63,782 nt of DNA, filler included, from Aduncisulcus paluster (GCA_024181965.1; 8 parts of 8 records of this genome joined end to end with filler, not necessarily neighbours in it), one strand, 5' to 3'; positions 12,323-24,090 are shown, numbered from the whole stretch's first letter. Notes: a model not told the origin generated them from the sequence alone. Numbers and translations: made by a program.

Positions 12323-13000
12323 ATGAGTTCTATTTGGCAACTCCTCATCAATCCAATTCAAAAATCAAATCCAGTGCTTAAATGTTTACCTGCTGTTCGA
12401 ACTGAATTTAAGTCAATATCTCCTGACTTTGCTATTTGCAAAGATTCTGCAATTTTGTTTTTGACGTTATCATTTCATCGAGAGCATCCTGCCTATATTC
12501 TTGATCGAATTCGACGAGTTCAACAATCATCTGAAAAGTATAAGGTTTATGCTGTTGTTCTTTTCATTGATATGAAAATGGTAATTGATCGAATTGTTGA
12601 AAGTCTCTCGTGTATTCTGTTTTCTGCCGGGTTTAGTTTGTTTCCTGCCTGGAGTAATAGCGAGGCGGCTCATATTATTGCTTCGTTCTATTTCACACAA
12701 GCCAGTAGTGGTCGAGCTTTGCAAGGACGAGAATATTATGATGCACATGAGAAACGAAGAGCGGCAACTACTGATTCGGCTGGAAAGTTGGCTGCAAGAG
12801 AACTTGTCGAAAGATCACTAACAAAAGCCATAAAGGGACTCAGCTCTACCAATGCAAAATTACTTATTGATACGTATGGAAGCATCCGGGCCCTAAGTAA
12901 GGCTTCTGTTGATGATTTATGTGCTTTAAAGGGAATTGGGAAGAAAAAGGCCATGAGTATCCGAAATATGTTTACTTCTCCATTCTCAAAGGATGATTAG
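12323..13000 (+). CDS. ERCC1: ERCC1/Rad10 excision repair protein
   Basis: INPIQKSNPVLKCL..PDF..AILFLTLSFHREHPAYI..AWSNSEAA..; C-terminal HhH2 (GLSSTNAKLLIDTYGSI..LKGIGKKKA). Confidence 0.92.
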   Translation: MSSIWQLLINPIQKSNPVLKCLPAVRTEFKSISPDFAICKDSAILFLTLSFHREHPAYILDRIRRVQQSSEKYKVYAVVLFIDMKMVIDRIVESLSCILFSAGFSLFPAWSNSEAAHIIASFYFTQASSGRALQGREYYDAHEKRRAATTDSAGKLAARELVERSLTKAIKGLSSTNAKLLIDTYGSIRALSKASVDDLCALKGIGKKKAMSIRNMFTSPFSKDD

Positions 13001-13423
13001 TATCATTTCATTAATTATAATTGGAAGATATCGAACTTTAATTGATCTGACGATGTGGCAAATCCCATTCTTGTGAGTTATTTAAAACATTAAATAAAAT
13101 ATTATTGATGTCTTTTCTATTCAACTTTATTTTAATTAGTAATAATGAATATATATCATTATTCCAAGATATAATTTTGTTGGAGCATTAACCGTGTTCT
13201 TGATGCTATGTTATTATCAATTTTCTTTTTTTCTTTCTTATTTCTGACATTCTTTGATGTTTGTCTCGCAGTAATTGATGTAATGCTTAATTTTGAAGAT
13301 CCAAATGAGAATTTGTCTTTGGTCTTAGTATTGTATGTATTTTGCAGTATTCTCAATTTAATATGTTAATATGTATCATTTCATATTAATCTTATACAAT
13401 AATAATGTTTTTATCTTTTTCAT

Positions 13424-13762
13424 TTGCTCATTTCTTGTTTTAGAATCCGAACTGTGTTTTGTGTAATAATTCCTTTTATTTTAATATTTATTTTAAGAAC
13501 AAAATCATTTGGAAATAGGGTTTCCTTTTCGGTATGGGCGAAAGGAGTTATAGTTCACGTTATAGTATTCCAAGTATATCTTGTCGGAATGATTATCCTA
13601 TTAATATTTAAATTGATGCCAATATTGGACGATTCTCTTGAAATTGGAGGAATATTAAATGCATTAAGATATGTTTCGATGGGCTTGGCATTTATTTCGG
13701 CGATGTTTTCAGTTCCATTGATGTACAACTATACATCTATATTGTTTGCGAAGCAAGAATAA
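13424..13762 (+). CDS. Possible small multi-pass membrane protein; 5' end unclear
   Basis: Three hydrophobic segments in a 112-aa ORF; AT-rich. Confidence 0.3.
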   Translation: MLISCFRIRTVFCVIIPFILIFILRTKSFGNRVSFSVWAKGVIVHVIVFQVYLVGMIILLIFKLMPILDDSLEIGGILNALRYVSMGLAFISAMFSVPLMYNYTSILFAKQE

Positions 13763-13867
13763 CAACATAAAAATAGAATAATATAAAATATCACACAAAA
13801 ACTTTGAAATTTATCAACATTACTTTCAAATATAATAAATAGAAATCTCATGTACAAATGATCACTG

Positions 13868-14224
13868 TTACGAAAATGCTTCAACGATTTGGACACCCAA
13901 ATGAATTGAATCCATGGTACTTGTCACTGATTTTCTCAACATTCTGGCATCAGATGCTCTTACTTCAACAGTGAGATAATTACCATCCACATTGAAGAAT
14001 CTTTCTGTTTGATGGGTTAATTCCTTCTCAACAGAGAGGGCTTGCTGCAAGCATCGGGCGTGGAACTCACTATGGCAGGGAATTCTTATATCCTAAGGCA
14101 ATTTAAAAAAATAGATATTAGTATATGAAAATAGGCTATTCCTCACAATAATATGGATAAAACTACATACTGTAATGCATTTTAATGACGAAACGCTTTG
14201 TTTTTTTTGTGGAATAGGATCCAT
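13868..14224 (-). CDS. PCC1: KEOPS subunit Pcc1/LAGE3; exons 14171-14224 and 13868-14092
   Basis: Spliced MDPIPQ..KCIT|DIRIPC..ALSVEKEL..LTVEVRASDARMLRKSVTS; intron 14093-14170 GTATGT..TACTAAT..TTAG joins in frame. Confidence 0.85.
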
Positions 14225-14422
14225 TCGTAAGCAATAGCAAATTTGAAGTTCAAAAGAACGATTTCCACGCTGAGATCAAATAAGAGGGAATCAAATCAAA
14301 TTCAGTGTCAAATAATAATTAACGTGGTTTGTTTTATTTGTATTTTTCATCCATTTGTGTTTTTTTTTCTCTGTCACGAGGTAAGGTAATTTTGTTCCCA
14401 CATCAATACCCAGCTAGTTTCA

Positions 14423-14947
14423 ATGGAACCTATTTCAAAGATAAAAGGAATTGCTATATTAGATGACAAGGGGAAATCCTTGATTCTTCGGATTTATAAT
14501 GACACTCTTAAGGATACATTGTCAAAAAAGCCCGATTACTTCTTAAAATTACATGCCGAAACGAAAAGACAAACAAAACCAAATATTAAATTCTGTTCAG
14601 AAACCAATTGCCAAATAATATACCGGAGAATTGATAGTGTTGGAGTCTATCTGTTTGCAACCAAAGATGAAAATCATTTGTTGCTTGTTGGATTTATTGA
14701 CACATTAGTGACCTCGTTCAAGGAAAATATGACTGATTATGATGTATTGTGTACAGAATCCATTGATGATTCTTTTGTTGCTGTTGTCGCTATATTGGAT
14801 TCTCTTCTTGCTCAATCCAAAGGGTTTGGGGTAATTACTTCCTCAAAACCAATTGACGTATCAATATTAACAGCTGATGTTGAGACACAAAGCTCATCTT
14901 CTCCTTTTAATGCCCTGAAAATGATTGGGAAGGCTTTCTTTGGGTAA
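14423..14947 (+). CDS. COPZ1: Coatomer zeta subunit (longin fold)
   Basis: IKGIAILDDKGKSLILRIY..ENHLLL..; size and pattern of zeta-COP. Confidence 0.75.
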   Translation: MEPISKIKGIAILDDKGKSLILRIYNDTLKDTLSKKPDYFLKLHAETKRQTKPNIKFCSETNCQIIYRRIDSVGVYLFATKDENHLLLVGFIDTLVTSFKENMTDYDVLCTESIDDSFVAVVAILDSLLAQSKGFGVITSSKPIDVSILTADVETQSSSSPFNALKMIGKAFFG

Positions 14948-15112
14948 TATGAGTTTTTATAAAATATAATAAAAATAAAGATTTATAAAAATAGAATATA
15001 CATATTTTTTTGGGTAGAATTCTTTCTGATTTCGTCAAAAAGAGTCGTTGCCATTTTGCGAATATTTTGAATCCCAGTTATGTATCACAAACCTTTATTA
15101 TGTTTTCGTTAA

Positions 15113-16042
15113 ATGAGCGACAGAAAATTTATAAGCCAAAGTGCCAGAAAGGCCTTTAGTTCAATGTCAGGTAGAGGTACAGATGATTCTCTCCTTATTG
15201 ATGCCTTTACATCATGCAAGAGCAATGAAGCCATACAAGAGATGAAATTAGCGTATGCGGCATTATTTGGGTATAGTTTGAAAAAATCTATAATCTCTGA
15301 GACTTCGGGTAGTTTTCGGACTCTTCTTAAGGCTTTAACAGATGAAAAATATTATTATATATGTAAAAAAATCAATGCGGCATGTTCTGGTCTTGGTACA
15401 AATGAGGATTGTTTAATCGAATTGCTATGTTTATTAGATAATGATGAAATTAAAAAATTGAAAGATTCTTACAAACATTTTTATCCTTCTATTCCTTCAT
15501 TGGAATGGCATGTTATTGCAGAAACATCAGGTATGTTGAGACGAATCCTTATTTCAATTCTTCAAGGGTGGCGAGAAGAAGGTTCTGTTCGAAATCGCAC
15601 TTTGGTCTCTGAAGATTGTGAAAAAATAACCAAAGAAGAAGCGAGATCTTCGACCAATGAAAGTTTTTGGCTTGAATTTCTTTGTACACGGTCCTTTGGG
15701 CATATTAAATTGGTTATTGAGAGAGTGAAAAGTGAGGGATTTCATATCTCTGATGTCATCCGAAAAGAATTTTCTGGTCGTTGTGTCACTGCTTTTTTAC
15801 TTCTTGTTGATCGAGCCCAGGGTAAGGATCGAGCTGTAGCCCGACTTTTACATCATGCCCTCAAAGGGGGAAATGAAGCTTCTCTAGTTCGTCTAGTCGC
15901 TCTATATTTCCCCTTAGGATCTCAATTATGCTTCGAATATAGGTTAAAATATGGGACAGAACTTGTTACAGACATTGGAGAAACAACTGGAGGTTCATTT
16001 CAGCGATTAATATTATCTTTATTGAGCTGTGTTGAAAAGTGA
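15113..16042 (+). CDS. Annexin (four repeats)
   Basis: MSGRGTDD, SETSGSF, GLGTNEDCLIELL, AETSGML, ETTGGSFQRLILSL. Confidence 0.9.
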   Translation: MSDRKFISQSARKAFSSMSGRGTDDSLLIDAFTSCKSNEAIQEMKLAYAALFGYSLKKSIISETSGSFRTLLKALTDEKYYYICKKINAACSGLGTNEDCLIELLCLLDNDEIKKLKDSYKHFYPSIPSLEWHVIAETSGMLRRILISILQGWREEGSVRNRTLVSEDCEKITKEEARSSTNESFWLEFLCTRSFGHIKLVIERVKSEGFHISDVIRKEFSGRCVTAFLLLVDRAQGKDRAVARLLHHALKGGNEASLVRLVALYFPLGSQLCFEYRLKYGTELVTDIGETTGGSFQRLILSLLSCVEK

Positions 16043-16786
16043 GATGGTTTTGTTTCTATCATCCCAAATTGTATTGTATTATCATTATAAAGCTTTTTTG
16101 TCCCATTATTTATTTGTACAAATCATTTTCACACTATCTTCATCTTGATTGTACAGGGTTCTTCACTGTTGTCGTCTTACAATCATGACACATCTCTTTC
16201 ACTGAGTGTATGCATCTCGTACGTTTTAATCGAATGTTTTGAACTGATCATATCCTATTTATAGACATGTCCTCGATCTATATATAGACTCAATAGAACT
16301 ATATGGAACTTCTGGAGGATGTTTTATTCATTATTATGATGTAGATCCACAGATATGATCCATTATAAACCATATTTAGGTTTGTTACATTCAGAGTTCA
16401 CTTCAAGGGTGAGTGGGGACTTCCTGAAAATAACCACTAGATGCTTGTTCAAATGATCAATGGTGTGTTGAAACTAAATAATAACGAAAGAATAACTCCT
16501 AGAAAAAGAATAGGCGAAAAGGCTATAACAATAAATTGTATAAATATAGATTCAGTGTGAACAGAAACTCTGGATCTATAAATAACTTCTATATCGAACG
16601 TATGTCAACAGTATACAAAATTCTGTTGAAAAACAACACAGTAAAGACACCAACGGCGATCATTAACCTGTTCGTTTGATAGCTGCGTGAATAATAGAAA
16701 TGGATTGAGTACATAGGAATTTATCTTAAAAATAAATCTGATAGATAGATTAACAATTGATCATGAGGGGTCAACCATTTAATATT

Positions 16787-17787
16787 TTAAAAGCTTCCCA
16801 GTTTTTGAAGACCGTATTCAAGACCATATCCGGCGATTCCAAGGATTCCACCGAACAAGGCTCCCCACACAACTAACCAACCCAGATGATCACGGATGAC
16901 TTCTTCAAGAATGTCTCTGACCATTTCGGGGGTGAGTTCTGACAGCTTATTCGAGATGAGGGCCGATAATTCGTGTCTGACAGTTGTCATGGGAATATAC
17001 TTGAAGATATTAAACTCTCCAGACATTTTGGCAGGGATATCACAGGCGACACCAACCAAAGTGGCCTGGATGACACGCTTGAGCTCAGGTGATTTCAGTC
17101 CCATCATGGTGAGAACAACTCCTTCGGGTCTGGAAGCAAGATCTTTCAGTTTAGAGTCAATCATTTCTTGAACGGTATCAGAATCGAGAACGGTCTTGAT
17201 AACTTCTTGTATTTTCAATTGAGCACCAATTTGGGACATTTTACGAGATAAAAACTTCTCCAAAAAGCTCATATCAAAGAATGTTTGCATAATCATGTTC
17301 TGGATGGACAGACGAATTTCTCTAAACTTTACAAGTAGAACACCAGAACCTGTAAGACCAGGGATACGATCAAAGATCATAACAACAGCCAGCTGATTGG
17401 TAAGTCCTCCTGAAAGTGAGAATAAACCGATATTCCAAATGATCATGGCCCAATGACTCTCAGGGGAGAATGTCCGGGCTAAAATTCCACCGATAAAGAA
17501 AATAGATGAAATTAAATTCGTTATAACTGACTTATTAAAATGTTTACGGCAAGTACCATCCCAACAAGACGTGGTCTCGGGTTCAGCCATTTTTGGAACG
17601 GGCGGTGACGCTGATCCCACAGGTGGGGAAACAGTTCGTGAAGACCGTAATGGATTTCTAATAGAAAAAAGGTGTAATGTGCGAAATCAAAAATAAATTC
17701 AGAGTCAATTTGAAATGAAAATGTCTACCAGGGAAGAAAAATTATGAAAAAGACATACGTTTGCTCAATAATATGTGGCGATGGCAT
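16787..17787 (-). CDS. DUF445-family membrane protein; exons 17759-17787 and 16787-17657
   Basis: GLFSLSGGLTNQLAVVMIFDRIPGLTGSGVL and IRDHLGWLVVWGALFGGILG; intron 17658-17758 (GTATGT..TTAG) joins in frame. Confidence 0.8.
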
Positions 17788-18161
17788 TATTATGTAAAAA
17801 ACTAGGTATAATTCCGACTAATATCACTTGATGTCAGCCAATTAGAGAAAATCCCTGAGGATGCTGGAATGGTTAGTATATACAGCTAATCTCAAATATT
17901 TTATTTAAGTAAGATCCATATAAATCCGTTATATGATTAATTTCAAATCGGATATCAATAGTTCAAATGTTAGAGGTTGTACACTGAATTAAGAATGGAT
18001 AATTCATATCATTGTTTTATCACAAATAAATAAACAGAATTGGCAAAACTATTCAATAAGAAATCGTGAAATATGGAAAATTTTCCCGATTTGTGGTTCA
18101 ACAAAAGTTTTGTTGCGAAAACACAGCTATCAATTTATTATAAATAGAATATTTATTACCA

Positions 18162-19976
18162 ATGCAAGATGGTATACATGAAGAAGAACTTATTGATGAT
18201 TTTAGACCCTTAACTGCCCCTGGACAAATTGTTGGAGATTCTATCTCTTCTCACTGTGAATCTACGCAGAAAGAAGATACAAATCCAGATGATTCAAGTA
18301 GAAAAGCTCTAGGCCAAAGAAAAAATGCATCTAGTTATCTATATACTCCAACTACTACTGCTGCTTTTGCTGCTGCTTCTATTGCCCTCCAAGTTGAAGA
18401 TCAAGAACGTCGAGAACGTGCCAATAGAGATAAAAAGGAATCGATAGGAAGGGTAAAATATGGGGAACGGCGAGAGTTCTTAGATGAAGACGGAGACGAT
18501 GATGTTGAATATATTTACAAACAGACGCCAACTCAGCCATTTCCTCAGCATAGAGTTGCAGGTCATGGATATACATATTCTGAATCAGTTTCTAAATCAC
18601 CAATTTTGTCAAGATCACAAATGTTAGCCAAAAAGCATATTCAACAGCTTCGAGACCAACAACAACAACATCAAATGGAAGAATTGACAGAAATTGCGAT
18701 GCAAACTTCTGGATCAGGTGTTGGACATGCCATTACTGGAGGTCATTCCACTGAACAAAGAAATCCTACTCTTGCTGAGACTCTGACAAGTTCCAAGAAT
18801 CCACCTCATATGGCTGAATATTCTTGTCCTGTGCATCCCACATCACCCCATAATTCATTGTGCATGTACTGTATGCAGTGTGGCAGACTTGTATGCTACT
18901 GGTGTTGCCGTACATGCTGTTCTACTCACCAACTCAAGGATGTGAAGGATATTGCTGCTGAAAAACGTGAAGAATACAACATGATGGTTAAACAAATTCT
19001 TCTTGATGCTGAGACAATCGAAGACCAGAACGATCGTCTAAAGCTTGAGATTGATCAATTGAAACAGCGTCTCTCTGAGTTGGAGACTGAATACAAAGGG
19101 AACCAGGACAGATGTGATGTCCTTCGAAGGCTCAGTTGCTCCCTATTTACCTTTGCTGATGTGTCCTCGGACCTGTCTGTCGTGTGTGGGAGTGTTACTC
19201 TCAGAAGAAAGCCTGAACGTGATGCGTTTCAGCTGTATCTGGACAAGATAAAAGACCGAGGTGCGTTCCGTGACAGTGAGAAAGCCAAGCGAGGCAGAGA
19301 AAGGGAGAGGGACGGCGAGAGGGAGAGGGAGAAGAGAGAGGCAACTGGTGATGATCAACAAGAGATTCAGGAGCATAGTACTGAGGGTGAGGTTGGAGCT
19401 GACGTTGATGCTACGACAGTGCCCGCAAGAAGTGGGAGCGGGAGGAGGAGCAAGCGTAGGTTTGTTAAGAGAGTCAGAAGAGACAGTGTGGATGGGCTTG
19501 AAGCTGGTGAGAATGGAAAGATTGTTCGTGTTGTTAGAAGAGGAAAGAAGAAACGCAGTCGTAAGAACAGTGTTGATAAAGAGGAGGCCAGTATGACGGA
19601 GGAAACCACCACGGAGGATGAGGATGAGGAAGATGTCGAAAAACAACAATTGACAACGCCCATGCCCTTGACCGTAAGAGACGGTACCGGGCGTGTCGGT
19701 AGAAGCGGCACTTCAACTGGTATCATGTCCCTCGTCTCATCACATGCGAAAGGAGAGCCAAGAAAGGATGGCAAGAGTGACAAAGTCGAACATCACAAGA
19801 AGAAGCATAGGAAGGAAGGAGCACAACTGGCTTCTCTTCTTCAAGTCAAATATCCAGCTTTGTCGCAGTACAGTCATGTTGTTGGACCTGAGAAATCTCC
19901 TGTCGCCTCATTTTCTGCCTCCAAAGATGTTCCTAACATTAAGATTGATACAAGCAACTCTTTGATGGGTTGCAGT
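18162..19976 (+). CDS. B-box zinc finger plus coiled-coil protein, 3'-partial
   Basis: CPVH..CMYCMQCGRLVCYWCC..H followed by a coiled coil. Confidence 0.75.
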
Positions 19977-20076
19977 NNNNNNNNNNNNNNNNNNNNNNNN
20001 NNNNNNNNNNNNNNNNNNNNTTAATTAATTAANNNNNNNNNNNNNNNNNNNNNNNNNNNNNNNNNNNNNNNNNNNN
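19977..20076. other. Artificial contig linker
   Basis: N-TTAATTAATTAA-N. Confidence 0.97.
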
Positions 20077-21378
20077 GAAAAAGAAAAAGAAAAAGAAAGA
20101 AAAGAGCACAAACCCAAGCACGACTCGCTAACCCTGACATCTGCCTCCACCCTGACTCCCCAGTGCATCATTGGCAGTGGTGGGTTCGGAGAGGTTCTTC
20201 TTGTCAAAGTTGATGGCATTCCTTTCCCATGTGTTCTGAAGAAGATGCTTAAAATCGCGGATGAAAAGGTTGTGAAAGATTGTCGGAAGGAGTTTAAGGT
20301 GCAACTCAAGTTGTTTAACAATCCCAAATGTTTCAACCGTATCCCACGTCCTCTGTATATCCTTGACCTGCTTGATTGCGATATGAAAGGTATATATGGC
20401 TTCCTGATGGAGTTCTGTGTTGGAGGCAGTGTGAGTGCATTCTCCAAGCGTTGGTGTGCAGATGGCAAGTATGAGAGTGGTGTCGATGATGAAGACTCTG
20501 AGTGCTCTTCCTCTGAATCTGCAGATGATGTCTGTGCGTCATTCGGCCCCAAGGCAATGAACCCTGTGAAAGTGTGTTCGTTGTGTGTTGGGATGATCGA
20601 GTGTCTTGATGATGTGTTCACCGCCAAACCAAAGCTTGTGCATCGAGACGTGAAACCCGACAACTTCCTCGTTCGTGTTGATCCCAAAGATGGAGAATGT
20701 ACTGTTGTCCTTGCTGATCTTGGATTTGTTCATATCCAGGATTCCATCTCATCTTCTTCTTTTTCCCAACAGATTGATTCTTCTTCACTCACTTCCAAAA
20801 CCGGTTCAAAAGAAGTTGGAGAGAGTCAACCTGATGACAACTCAAACTGTGGAACCTTTGTTTTCAATTCCTATGAGACTTTAACAGAGGGCATTCAGAC
20901 TCAGATGAGTGATGGATACTCTCTTGGATTATCGATCCTTTCTTTATTCACAGCTATCCCACCCTTTCTCGGACATCCAGGGCTTCGAGGAATTGTGAAT
21001 CCAATTCAATTCATTTCAAAACTTTCTGAGTTGCTTAAATCTGGCCTAACTCCAAAGTTAACGAGCTCTCCATTGTTCAAATCTCTCGTAACGATCGAAG
21101 AAGGTGATTATAAGCCTGTGTACGAATGTCTGAACAAAGTTTTCCTTGGTCTCACAGAATTTGATGCTGAGAAACGAATGAGTGTGCATCAGGCCCGGAT
21201 GAGTGTACAATCCATAAAGCCTCTTCTGCCCAAGATTGGAGAAGGATGGAAATGTCCCAGCATTGAAACAATTGTCTCCGAACAACTCAAGAAACATGGT
21301 GGATCTGTTGGAACCCTTGGACATGATGGTGTTGCAGGTGTTAATTTGAAGAAAGGATGGGATGATAGTAAGTTGTAA
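20077..21378 (+). CDS. Lineage-specific protein kinase (DLG type), 5'-partial
   Basis: IIGSGGFGEV, VLKKML, HRDVKPDN, DLG, CGT, DGYSLG; close paralog of the kinase at 27282-32215. Confidence 0.92.
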   Translation, partial: EKEKEKERKEHKPKHDSLTLTSASTLTPQCIIGSGGFGEVLLVKVDGIPFPCVLKKMLKIADEKVVKDCRKEFKVQLKLFNNPKCFNRIPRPLYILDLLDCDMKGIYGFLMEFCVGGSVSAFSKRWCADGKYESGVDDEDSECSSSESADDVCASFGPKAMNPVKVCSLCVGMIECLDDVFTAKPKLVHRDVKPDNFLVRVDPKDGECTVVLADLGFVHIQDSISSSSFSQQIDSSSLTSKTGSKEVGESQPDDNSNCGTFVFNSYETLTEGIQTQMSDGYSLGLSILSLFTAIPPFLGHPGLRGIVNPIQFISKLSELLKSGLTPKLTSSPLFKSLVTIEEGDYKPVYECLNKVFLGLTEFDAEKRMSVHQARMSVQSIKPLLPKIGEGWKCPSIETIVSEQLKKHGGSVGTLGHDGVAGVNLKKGWDDSKL

Positions 21379-22277
21379 CATTTGAAATCGAAACATTTTG
21401 TATTTCCAAGAATACTGATGGAATACAGACTAAACAAAAACATATAATAAGGAATTGGCCAATAAAACATATATATATTTATTATTCTAAAATTTAATTG
21501 ATCATCGAATGAAAGAATTTTATTCTTTTGTGAATTTACTGCATTGAAATTGTTTCCAATACGTTTTCGCCTTTTTTTGCAGCCGTGTGCCATTTGGGAC
21601 AGGAAACGAATAAATCGCATATACTCTTCCCCTCGAAAAGAAGATACTGTCCAAAACAACACTGCTGTTCATAGATTGGCCTCAACATTNNNNNNNNNNN
21701 NNNNNNNNNCTTTTGTGAATTTACTGCATTGAAATTGTTTCCAATACGTTTTCGCCTTTTTTTGCAGCCGTGTGCCATTTGGGACAGGAAACGAATAAAT
21801 CGCATATACTCTTCCCCTCGAAAAGAAGATACTGTCCAAAACAACACTGCTGTTCATAGATTGGCCTCAACATTAATCGAGGGAATAATGAATCCAGGGC
21901 CTCCCTATGTCGACGAACACATCTCTCCATCATCTCCCTACCTGAGCACGGCTCTGGCAGAGAGAGACCGAGCATCGTGACCTGCTCAGCACGGAGGTAA
22001 TTGAAGTGCTCCATGCTGAGCAAAAAAAAAAAAAAAAAAAAAGAAAGCCAATTACATACCACGTAGACAAAACAAGAAAATTCCCGAGACTCCGACACTG
22101 GCCATTTGTCAAATGACAAATCCTAGTGTTTAAAAATTTAGCGAGAACCTGTTACGTCCTACAAGTTGTCAAAAAACACAAAAATTTTTTCTTTTCAAAT
22201 ACAAAAAAAATTCACAACGTTGAAAACACGTGTATTTTAAATTTATTGTATAAATAAAAATCGTAATCTTAAAACGC

Positions 22278-22319
22278 AACAATTTTGCGACGGTCGCAGT
22301 GCGACGAATCGCAATTGAA
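22278..22319 (+). repeat. GTCGC/GCGAC double-hairpin motif, copy 1; resembles the sequence downstream of the Fanzor
   Basis: AACAATTTTGCGACGGTCGCAGTGCGACGAATCGCAATTGAA versus reverse complement of 51327-51373. Confidence 0.6.
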
Positions 22320-22653
22320 AACATCCCATTTTTTGGACCTCAAGAGCATCACAAGAATGGACGGGACAGGACAGGAAAGATTTTTTCAACTCTCAAAAAG
22401 GTTATCCCATGTTAGAAAAGGAATTACCACTGAGAAGCAACTCCACTATTCGGCTATCTCCAATTCGCCTTTTTTTGGAGCCCATTTTCGATACATTTAA
22501 GATTTAATAGTATAATATTATTATTCAAATAGGTTTTTATAAATTAGATTTTATAATATGAGGACTCAGTAGAACAAAACTTCCCACTTATGCCTGACAG
22601 TGTCAAGCTTTTTTTTTCGACCCTTTTCACTATTTTGCAGGTCATCATTAACC

Positions 22654-23727
22654 ATGAGTGAATATTTTCCATCACCAAGAATTCACAATCAGGATTCTCT
22701 TGAGGAATCTCGACCAAAAGGTTCTGCCGACATTTCAAAATCCCAAGAGATCTATGATAGTGCTGCCGGTTTGGGATCACTTCCATCCCAAGAAACAATC
22801 GCATCTTTCGAAGATAGAGGCGAGGTCATTCTTTCTGAATCAAGTGAAGATGAAATTGAACAAGAATCTGGCCGCATTCCTTTCCAAGAAGAAATATCCG
22901 GAGAAAAACAATCTGAGAAAGAAATAGAAAAAATGACCCAATCATTAATACCTATAATATCTCCTCACGTCCCATCTTCTGAATCGGATTCTGCCCACCT
23001 CTCTGAAAGTAAGATGAGTGAAGAGTGGAGAGAAGAATCAGTTCCAAAAGATCTTCATCTCTCAACCAAATTACCAGAAGGGGTAATTTCAAAATCATTT
23101 CCAAAGCCTTCTAGGAATTCTGCTCATTATTTTCCACGATATCCACTCGTACCACTAGAATTAAATCCGATGTTTCCAACCTCAAAACTGCGTCCAACTG
23201 ATTCATATAAATCTGAATGGAACATTGAAGCTTCGATCACTGATCATGATGTAATTAGTCGTCGTTTAGCTTTGTGCTATATTTATGTTCAGAAGAAACT
23301 TCATGACCGGGATCTAGAGCGACTCCAAACCGAAAAAGCATCAATTAAACTCGATAAAAAGTCCAGTCCAGATATTAAAGCCAAAGAAGAGGAAGAAGAA
23401 GACCATCCTTCCATCCCTATCGATTCTTCCTCTCCTCTCTGTCCTTCGTCTTCATCTGCTCCAATTATACTATATTCAGAGGATAAAATATGCGAAGATA
23501 AAGATTTTTGGAAAGAAGATCCCGAATTTTTTGCTGAGTACTCAAATATCGTTGATAAGTTTAAGAGTATTGTCTCTCGATTATCGCCTTCCGCCCCAAT
23601 TATAATCTCGCCCGAGGCTAGGTTTTCACTTGGTTTACCCGTGATCATTGGTGGAAAAAAGATTACGAGACCATCTTGGGCTGAAGATCTATTTCAATGT
23701 GTACTTAAGGGACACGAAGTGATTTAA
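22654..23727 (+). CDS. Hypothetical acidic/Ser-rich protein
   Basis: Long ORF, ATG at 22654. Confidence 0.65.
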   Translation: MSEYFPSPRIHNQDSLEESRPKGSADISKSQEIYDSAAGLGSLPSQETIASFEDRGEVILSESSEDEIEQESGRIPFQEEISGEKQSEKEIEKMTQSLIPIISPHVPSSESDSAHLSESKMSEEWREESVPKDLHLSTKLPEGVISKSFPKPSRNSAHYFPRYPLVPLELNPMFPTSKLRPTDSYKSEWNIEASITDHDVISRRLALCYIYVQKKLHDRDLERLQTEKASIKLDKKSSPDIKAKEEEEEDHPSIPIDSSSPLCPSSSSAPIILYSEDKICEDKDFWKEDPEFFAEYSNIVDKFKSIVSRLSPSAPIIISPEARFSLGLPVIIGGKKITRPSWAEDLFQCVLKGHEVI

Positions 23728-24090
23728 TTATTTTATTGAGTTATATATATTCAAATTGTTAATGTGGTTATAAAAAATATTTTATGTTGTAAATTTTAGT
23801 GATTTTTTACGGCTGAGTTTCATGAACTTATTGTATTCTGAGTACTCAAACTTCTGCCCTCTACTTGGTTATTTTTAACAATATATGCCATATTTATATT
23901 TATATTCCGTTGTGATTTAAGATTTGGTGTTAGATTGCGACGGATAGAAATGTGATTGATGGTAGCGTGAAATTGTGTGAAATTAATAATAAATTAGGAA
24001 CTTTTGAGTAATTCTACAATTTTTATTTGAATAAACATTAATTTCAAAATATCATCATGACGTCAAACAAGAACGGAGAGTTTTTGAAGA

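Noticed and set aside
21526..21873. Direct repeat flanking a 20-N gap
   Set aside because: Same overlap artifact; the short duplicated ORFs here are unsupported.
21960..22000. GAGCAGGTC on the minus strand resembling SRP RNA helix 8
   Set aside because: The matching upstream CAGG/GGAA tetraloop element is absent.
22104..22127. Hairpin followed by CTAG as a Helitron 3' end
   Set aside because: Spacing is too short, the CTAG is part of the extended stem, and no Rep/Hel gene or 5' end was identified.
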